A stretch of DNA of 64,000 nt from an uncultured Pseudomonadota bacterium. GTDB taxonomy: Bacteria > Pseudomonadota > Alphaproteobacteria > JACZXZ01. This document shows, one piece after another, positions 57,479 through 64,000 of the stretch; within the stretch, counting starts at the first letter, position 1, and every line of letters begins with the position of its first letter. The position numbers were made by a program, and so were the translations under genes. Location: the NCBI GenBank assembly GCA_963749075.1, contig CAVVLJ010000017.1, forward strand, positions 736,001 through 800,000, in the 5' to 3' direction. The notes beneath the pieces were generated by a model. That model was not told where the DNA came from, did no database searches, and saw only the letters and a program-made list of their open reading frames with translations.

Positions 57479-59029
57479 CTAATCGATCGCGGCGTGAACC
57501 GCTTCCCCGCTTGGCCTCGCCTTGGGGCTCGAGAGCAGGAAGACGAGCGGGATCGAGACCGCCGTCAGCAGCATCATGAGCTTGAAGTCGTCGATATAGC
57601 CGATGAGGGTCGCCTGCCGGGTGATCACGGCATTGAGGGCCGCTGCCTTGGCGGGCACGGTCACGTCCCACAGGCGGTGGATGTCCGGCATGCGGAGGAG
57701 CGGATTGTAGGCCGTGATGGCGGCACCCAGCTCCTCGTGATTGACCTGCGTATTGCGCTCGAGGAAGGCGGTGACGATCGAGATGCCGGCGCTGGCGCCG
57801 ATGTTGCGCATGAGATTGAAGATGCCCGCGGCCTCGGTGCGGCGCGACGGCTCGAGGGTGGAGAAGGCGATGGCGCTGACCGGCACCCAGATGAAGCCGA
57901 AGCCGATGCCCTGCACGAGGCCGCTCAAGACGATGTCCGACATGCCGACGTTGATGGGGAAGCCCTCCATCCAATGGAGCGAGTAGGCGGCGATCGCCAA
58001 GCCGGAGGCGAGGAGGATGCGGGCGTCGATGCGCCCGATGATGCGCCCGACGACCATCATGGCGAGCATGGTGCCGATGCCGCGCGGAGCGATCACGAAG
58101 CCGGTGGTGACCACCGGATAGTCGAGCAGGGTCTGGAGGAAGGGCGGCATGAGCGCCAGGCTGGAATAGAGAATGACGCCGATGACGAGGACGATCAGCA
58201 GGCTCACCGAGAAATTGCGGTCGGAGAACAGGCTCGGGCTGATGAAGGGGTGCTCGGCGGTGAAGCTGTGCACGAGGAAGAGGTAGAAGAAGAGGCCGGC
58301 GAGCGCGACCTCGACGACGATCTCGGTCGAGCCGAACCAGTCCTTGAGCTCGCCGCGGTCGAGGAACATCTGCAGGCAGCCGATGGCGAGGCTGATGGTG
58401 GCGAAGCCGATGACGTCGAAGGGGATGCCGCGGTTGCGCCGCGTCTCGGGCACGAAGGCCGAGATGATGAAGAAGGCGAGCAGGCCGACGGGTACGTTGA
58501 TGTAGAAGACCCAGCGCCAGTTGTAGTTCTCGGTCAGCCAGCCGCCGAGGGTGGGGCCGAGGATGGGGCCGACCATGATGCCCATGCCCCAGATCGCCAT
58601 GGCGTAGCCGTGCTTCTCGCGCGGATAGCCGTCGAGGAGCGTCGCCTGCGAGAGCGGCACGAGGGCGGCGCCGAAGGCGCCCTGGAGGAGGCGGAAGATG
58701 ACAATCTGAGGCAGCGTGAGGGCCGCCCCGCAGAGCACCGAGGCGACCGTGAAGCCCGCGACCGAGGTGAGATAGAGGCGCTTCCTGCCGAAGCGCGCCG
58801 CGAGCCAGCCGGTCGGCGGCGTCATGATGGCGGCGGCCACGATGTAGGAGGTGAGCACCCAGGCGATCTCGTCGAGGGTCGCCGAGAAGCTGCCCTGCAT
58901 GTGCGGCAGCGCCACGTTGGCGATCGTGGTGTCGAGCGCCTGCATGATGGTGGCGAGCATGGTGCCGAAGGTGACGAGCGCCAAGTTCTGGACCGGCTGG
59001 GCGGCGCTCTGCGGCTGATCCTGGCTCAT
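57479..59029 (-). CDS. DHA2 family (EmrB/QacA) MFS efflux permease
   Basis: LDTTIANVALP, WVLTSY, GPILGPTLGG, WRWVFYINVP; AGGAG RBS. Confidence 0.9.
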   Translation of the reverse strand: MSQDQPQSAAQPVQNLALVTFGTMLATIMQALDTTIANVALPHMQGSFSATLDEIAWVLTSYIVAAAIMTPPTGWLAARFGRKRLYLTSVAGFTVASVLCGAALTLPQIVIFRLLQGAFGAALVPLSQATLLDGYPREKHGYAMAIWGMGIMVGPILGPTLGGWLTENYNWRWVFYINVPVGLLAFFIISAFVPETRRNRGIPFDVIGFATISLAIGCLQMFLDRGELKDWFGSTEIVVEVALAGLFFYLFLVHSFTAEHPFISPSLFSDRNFSVSLLIVLVIGVILYSSLALMPPFLQTLLDYPVVTTGFVIAPRGIGTMLAMMVVGRIIGRIDARILLASGLAIAAYSLHWMEGFPINVGMSDIVLSGLVQGIGFGFIWVPVSAIAFSTLEPSRRTEAAGIFNLMRNIGASAGISIVTAFLERNTQVNHEELGAAITAYNPLLRMPDIHRLWDVTVPAKAAALNAVITRQATLIGYIDDFKLMMLLTAVSIPLVFLLSSPKARPSGEAVHAAID

Positions 59030-59078
59030 CTCGCTCCTCTCTCGGCCGCGCCGCGTCTCGGGCGCCGGGCGGACGGCA

Positions 59079-60038
59079 TCATGTAATGCCGCCGCCGCCG
59101 CAACGCAAACCGCCGCCGGCGAAGGCCTCGGGACGGCCGTAGGCCGGGACATCGGGCCGGTGCATGGCGACGCCCACGAGGCAGGCGCGGTAGCCGCACG
59201 CGCGCATGAGCCGGTAGGCGGAGCACCTGCCGCTGTTGACGCCGGCGACGATACGGCGCAGCCCTCTTGCCGCGGCAAGGCGCTCCGAGGCCGCGAGGAG
59301 GGCCGCGAAGTCCTCCCCGGCACCCGGGCGTACGGCGGCGAACTTGACGTAGAGCGTGCCGGGGCCGGCCTCCGTGCCGGCGCCCATGTGGCACAGGGCA
59401 AAGCCGGCGACGGCGTCCCCGGCGCGCAAGAGGAGGCAATCGCCGAAGCGCTGGCTCGCCAGCGCCCGGATCTCGCGGCCGAGGTCGAGCCCGTCATAAA
59501 GCGAGTTGGCGAGCGCGCGGCAGCCGAGCACCGCCTGCTGCCATGCTTCGGCGCCAAGTGCCGAGAGGAGCTCGAGCGGCGCCGCCTCCCCGCGCTCGAC
59601 GGCGACGGCCTTTTCCATCACGGCTGTGATGAAGCCGATCTCGAAGCCGAAGGACTCGTAGAGGCGGAGATGCTTCGGGCTTTGCGGATGGGTGAAGAGG
59701 GCGGCGAGCCTCATGCCGCGCGCGGCGAAGAGTGCCAAGACCGGCGACACCAAGAGGCGCACGATGCCGCGTCCCCAGGCGTCCGGATGCACCACGAGCG
59801 GCCCCAGCACGCCGAGGCTGCCCCAATCCATGGCGCTCACGCTGCCGACGATGCGGCCATCCTCCTCCGGGACGAAACCCGCCGCCGGATCGCCCGCGAA
59901 GCGCGTGCGGATCACCCCGCTGCCGCCGCGGTAGCTCGGCGGGTCCGCGAGCCCGAGAAAGCTCCCGAAAGCGAGGCGGTACACAACGTCGACGGCAGCG
60001 AGGTCGCCGGCAACCATCGGCCGTACCGCGACGGGCAT
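59079..60038 (-). CDS. GNAT family N-acetyltransferase (two-domain)
   Basis: GPLVVHPDAWGRGI, LYESFGF. Confidence 0.8.
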   Translation of the reverse strand: MPVAVRPMVAGDLAAVDVVYRLAFGSFLGLADPPSYRGGSGVIRTRFAGDPAAGFVPEEDGRIVGSVSAMDWGSLGVLGPLVVHPDAWGRGIVRLLVSPVLALFAARGMRLAALFTHPQSPKHLRLYESFGFEIGFITAVMEKAVAVERGEAAPLELLSALGAEAWQQAVLGCRALANSLYDGLDLGREIRALASQRFGDCLLLRAGDAVAGFALCHMGAGTEAGPGTLYVKFAAVRPGAGEDFAALLAASERLAAARGLRRIVAGVNSGRCSAYRLMRACGYRACLVGVAMHRPDVPAYGRPEAFAGGGLRCGGGGIT

Positions 60039-60151
60039 GCGCTCTTCTCCCCAAGGGACCCGAAGCAGGCCCGGCCTGCCTGGACAGGGGCGAAGCGATA
60101 CCCTGGAAAGCCCGTCTTGGCCATGCCGTGACGGGACGCGAGCAGGCAGCC

Positions 60152-60707
60152 TTGACGCGCGTCATCCATGTGATCACCGCGAGCCGCATCGCGGGCGGCA
60201 TGGAGGATATCTCGCGTGCTTGGCGCCGGCGCGGCGCGGGCTCGAGCACCCGGTGATCGCGCGGCTGGGCGGCGACCTTGCGCCGCAGCTCCGCGCCCAC
60301 GGCATAGAAACCCTCAGCTATTCTCTCCTGAAGCGCCGGCCGCTCTCCTATTTCGGGGTCAGGCGGGCCTTCCGCCGCTTCACACTCCAGGTGGCGCTGA
60401 GCTGGCTGCCGCGCGCGGCGCAGCAGGTGCCGCCAGGCCCTTGGGTGCATGTGGCGCAGGTGGGTTGGTACCGCGGCCTCGACTGCTACGAGCGCGCCGA
60501 GCGCATGGTGATGCCGACCCCCGACATGAAGCGCCATTTCGCCACCGCGGGGTTCGCGCGCGAGATCGCCGTGTGATCGGCGATGCAGCACTCGCCCGTC
60601 GCGTCGTGGAAGGCGGCAGCCGCCGCCTCGCCGAGCGCTTCAGCGATGCCGCGACCGTTGAGGCCTACCTCGCCTATTTCGAGCGAGTCGCGCGCGAGGG
60701 GCGCTGA
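60152..60707 (+). pseudogene. Decayed GT4-type glycosyltransferase
   Basis: N-terminus (TRVIHV..GGME), middle part and C-terminal helix (ERFS..ATVEAYL) lie in different frames; most of the nucleotide-sugar domain is missing. Confidence 0.6.
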
Positions 60708-60768
60708 GGAATTTCGTCGTGCTGTTGCCATGTGGTGTGCGTGTGGATGAAGAAAATGGAGATGGCGG

Positions 60769-60825
60769 TTGACAGGGGTCGCAGTATGAGATAAACGTCC
60801 TTAGGACGTTTATCTCATACTGCGA
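60769..60825 (+). promoter_or_regulatory. Promoter/operator unit 1: TTGACA plus a 47-bp perfect palindrome
   Basis: TTGACA 60769-60774; 23-bp arms TCGCAGTATGAGATAAACGTCCT-T-reverse complement at 60779-60825. Confidence 0.8.
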
Positions 60826-60859
60826 GGATGACCAGCCTGTGTCGCAGATGCGGTAATGA

Positions 60860-60918
60860 TTGACACGTCCGTCACGACAAGGTAAACGTCCTAAGGACGT
60901 TTACCTTGTCGTGACGGA
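60860..60918 (+). promoter_or_regulatory. Promoter/operator unit 2: TTGACA plus a 51-bp perfect palindrome
   Basis: TTGACA 60860-60865; 25-bp arms TCCGTCACGACAAGGTAAACGTCCT-A-reverse complement at 60868-60918. Confidence 0.8.
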
Positions 60919-60923
60919 GCCTC

Positions 60924-61835
60924 ATGGCCGGTTTGCGGCTCGCATATCCACGACGCTTGTCGCGGGCGGCCGCGGAACTTGGACATCGTCTGGCCGCGGC
61001 TGGAAGACCTGTCATCACCCCTTACGAGCTGTTCCCCGAAGTCCGCTCGCTCTATGTGGCCGGAAGCGCCTACCACCTCAAGAAGACAACACCCGACCGT
61101 GCAGATTACCAACGCCTTCTCCGTGCCCTCACCGAGCACAATGTACTCATCGCGGATCCGGACTACGGCCACCGTGCCTATCGCATCGTAAAGAATTCCG
61201 ACCTGTCAGCGGACGACATTTGCTGCCTTGTCGATCCATTCTGTTACATATCGCATCTCTCGGCCATGCAACGCTACGGCCTTACCAATCGACGGCCCCG
61301 GACATTGCAGCTCACTCGCCCTAGCCGCCTTATCATGCGGCAGCTGGCGCAACGAAAAATGCAGCACGACTATGGAGCCGGGCCGCCGCGGAGCTCCGTG
61401 GCGTACATCCCGCTTCATGCCGTGACGCATCCGCAACGGGTCAGAGCGCGCGAGATCGACGTGTTCGAGACCGCCCACCCGGGCGAGTTCATTCAAGTAC
61501 GTGGCTCCTACGCGCGCATCTCGACCATCGGCCAAACCTTTCTCGATACCATCGAGGCACCGCCGCTATGCGGCGGCATGACCCACGTCCTCGAAGTCTG
61601 GAAAGAGAGCGCCTCGCGCTTTTTTGACGAGATCATCGAGGCCGTCGATCGCTCCCATGTCGGCCTCGCCAAAGTCCGCGCCGGCTACCTCCTGGAGGAA
61701 GTCCTCGGCAAGAAGGACAAGCGTATCGAGACTTGGTTGCGCTTCGCTCAACGCGGCGGCTCGCGTCTGCTCGATCCGACGAAGCAATACGTCGCCGACT
61801 TTTCCGAGCGATGGATGATCTCGATCAATGTCTGA
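60924..61835 (+). CDS. abiEi: Type IV TA antitoxin/regulator, AbiEi family
   Basis: YISHLSAMQRYGLT, STIGQTFLD...LCGG, RAGYLLE, C-terminal WMISIN; overlaps the NTase gene. Confidence 0.8.
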   Translation: MAGLRLAYPRRLSRAAAELGHRLAAAGRPVITPYELFPEVRSLYVAGSAYHLKKTTPDRADYQRLLRALTEHNVLIADPDYGHRAYRIVKNSDLSADDICCLVDPFCYISHLSAMQRYGLTNRRPRTLQLTRPSRLIMRQLAQRKMQHDYGAGPPRSSVAYIPLHAVTHPQRVRAREIDVFETAHPGEFIQVRGSYARISTIGQTFLDTIEAPPLCGGMTHVLEVWKESASRFFDEIIEAVDRSHVGLAKVRAGYLLEEVLGKKDKRIETWLRFAQRGGSRLLDPTKQYVADFSERWMISINV

Positions 61836-62715
61836 GGCGACTTTCGTCGATATCGGCGCTTGGGTAGAGAGCGTGCACAATGATCCGGCGCGCTATCTGG
61901 AGCGGCAAGCGACCGAGGTTCTGCTGAATGCTCTCGGAATGGTCGAGCGGCTGGGTAGCAAGATTTTCCTCAAGCGCGGCGCGCTCATGGGCATCGTTTA
62001 CGGCAGCCCCCGCCAGACGGCTGACCTCGATTTCACGACAAGCCTGCAGCCCACGCTGACGATAGCACGGGACATACGCGATCAGCTCGACGCCATGATC
62101 CCTCGCGCTGCGGCGCGCCTGGGCTACCCCGGCATCGTCTGCCGGGTGCAGTCGATCGCGCACCGGCCGCGGAGCGATCATTTCGCGGACGCCAATTTTC
62201 CGGCGCTCAAAATCAAGGTCGGATACGCGCCTCGCGGCTCGCTGCAAGAGCGTCTCCTTGACAGGCGACGATGCGCGAACGTCGTCGAGCTCGACATCAG
62301 CTTCAACGAAGCAGTCGGTGCCGTGAAGGCCATAAGACTTGGCCGGGACGGTGCGACAATCCGGGTCTATTCATTGCCCGACCTGATCGCCGAAAAGCTC
62401 CGCGCTCTGCTTCAACAGGTGACGCGCAATCGATACCGGCGGCAGGACGTGTACGACATCGCGCATCTGCTGCGGCATTATCATCCGAGCGCGGCGGAGC
62501 GAGCCCATCTGCTGGCTCTATTCCGCAGGAAATGCGCCTCCCGGCACATCGAGGCCGATGACGCCTCCCTCTCCGATCCGGAAGTCGTCTGGAGAGCTAA
62601 AGCGGATTGGAACACCCTCGCACTCGAGCTAGGCGAAGTCCCGCCTTTTGACGACTGCTTTCAGTCGGTCGAGAGCTTATATCGCAGCTTGCCATGGCGA
62701 TCGGCGCGAGATTAG
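61828..62715 (+). CDS. abiEii: AbiEii/AbiGii family nucleotidyltransferase toxin
   Basis: LKRG..(x)..RQTADLDF, YSLPDLIAEKLRA, RRQDVYDI. Confidence 0.85.
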   Translation: MSEATFVDIGAWVESVHNDPARYLERQATEVLLNALGMVERLGSKIFLKRGALMGIVYGSPRQTADLDFTTSLQPTLTIARDIRDQLDAMIPRAAARLGYPGIVCRVQSIAHRPRSDHFADANFPALKIKVGYAPRGSLQERLLDRRRCANVVELDISFNEAVGAVKAIRLGRDGATIRVYSLPDLIAEKLRALLQQVTRNRYRRQDVYDIAHLLRHYHPSAAERAHLLALFRRKCASRHIEADDASLSDPEVVWRAKADWNTLALELGEVPPFDDCFQSVESLYRSLPWRSARD

Positions 62716-62884
62716 ACCGAGTCAATGTGACACTGCACGCACGGCGCGTTCGTGAGCTGCGGAGGTGAGCCCAATGGCATATTGCCCTCATGCCCATCGC
62801 ACTGGGCGGGCAAAATGCAGCCGTGGTACGATGCGTCAAGCGAAGCAACGCGAGCGGCAGCGACCGCGCGCCGGGGGAGAGACC

Positions 62885-63995
62885 ATGGACAGGAACCGCA
62901 CCGCGACGACAGGCGACAAGTCACGGATTTCGCGCAGAGATTTGCTGCGGCGGGGCATCGCACTCGGGGCCGGCGCCGCCCTCGCGGCGGGTGCGGTGCC
63001 GAGCCGGCCGGCGCGCGCCGCCGCCGCCGCCGGCAAGGTGGTCGTGCGCACGCCCGGCGGCGCCTATGAGGACGCGCTGCGCAAGGCCATCTTCGAGCCC
63101 TTCACCGCCGAGACCGGCATCGAGGTGGTGCCCTTCGCCACCAACATCGCCAAGCTCGTGGCCATGGTCGAGTCCGGCAGCATCCAGATCGACGTGGCCA
63201 ACCTCGGCGAATTCACCGCCATCACCTTGGCCAACCGCGGCGCCCTCGCGCGCATCGATACCGCCCAGTTCAAGCGCACCAACCTCGCCGACGTGGGCGT
63301 GGTCAGGGATTTCTACATAGGCGAGAACACCTACGCGACCGTGATGGGCTACAACACGGAGAGCTTTGCCGGGAAGCACCCTTCGAGTTGGGCGGATTTC
63401 TGGAACCTCGGCACCTTCCCCGGCGCGCGCATGCTCGAGGACATGGCGGCGGAATACCCCAACCTCGAGTTCGCCCTGCTCGCCGACGGGGTGGCGCTGG
63501 ACAAGCTCTATCCGATCGACGTGCCGCGCGCCTTCAAGATGCTCAAGGAGATCCGCCCGCACATCCTCAAATGGTGGGACACGGGCGCCATAGCCGCACA
63601 GATGCTCGCCGCCAAGCAAGTGGTGCTGGGCAGCGTGTGGAGCGGACGCATCCTCCCCCTCATCGACGACAAGGCGCCGCTCGCGGTCGAGTGGAACCAG
63701 TCGGCGCGGCAGGTGCAGGCGCTCGCCATCCTCAAGGGCGCCCCCAACCTCGAGAACACGCACAAGTACATCGACTTCGCCATGCAGCCGAAGCCGCAGG
63801 CGGAGGTGGCCAAGCTCTCGGGCTACGGGCCGATCAACCGCAAGGCCTTCGACTTCATCGATGCGGCGGCGGCGGCCCGGCTGCCGACCTCGCCGGAGCA
63901 CCTCAAGATTCTCCTATGCGACGGATGCCGCCTGGTGGGTGGCGCACCGCTCGGAGATCGCCGACAAGTGGCAGGCGTTCCTCCTCGGCGAATAG
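62885..63995 (+). CDS. Tat-exported ABC transporter substrate-binding protein (PotD/PotF-like); apparent +1 frameshift near 63909
   Basis: SRRDLL Tat motif, GGAY, FEPFTAETGI, WADFWN..FPG.R, LEFALLADGV; removing one T gives ...DAAWWVAHRSEIADKWQAFLLGE-stop. Confidence 0.85.
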
Positions 63996-64000
63996 AGCGC

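Noticed and set aside
60769-60918. CRISPR mini-array or protelomerase target site
   Set aside because: Only two units sharing a 21-bp core; no cas or telomere resolvase gene; position and arm length fit AbiEi operators
55776-62880. Intact genomic island or prophage around fic and abiE
   Set aside because: The lower-GC genes are interspersed with host-like genes, and I found no integrase, transposase or flanking direct repeats

Overview
A 64-kb chromosomal window from a high-GC bacterium, probably an Alphaproteobacterium (Rhodospirillales-like; inferred from gene content and repeat type). It is densely coding, with about 60 genes. Content: (i) catabolic enzymes: three two-component flavin monooxygenases, a GcvT-family oxidoreductase with a choline kinase, deacylases, three Mo-enzymes and MaiA; (ii) a RuBisCO-like protein/amidohydrolase/cupin cluster resembling the MTA-isoprenoid shunt; (iii) ahpCD, ohr and an osmC-family gene; (iv) a ThDP locus of E1 alpha/beta without E2/E3, divergent from a tandem-domain unknown protein, a ThDP enzyme and an SDR; (v) a type 2 IleRS close to a stand-alone tRNA-Ile(GAT); (vi) a form I aerobic CO dehydrogenase cluster, coxMSLDE; (vii) toxin-antitoxin loci whose toxins all look disarmed (HigA-like, HicBA, Fic, AbiE). 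The AbiE operon is preceded by two tandem promoter units, each overlapping a perfect 47-51-bp palindrome. REP/REPIN-like doublets occur four times. Three genes carry single-base +1 frameshifts that look like sequencing errors. I saw no rRNA, CRISPR array, transposase or integrase. All calls come from reading motifs by eye, with no database searches.
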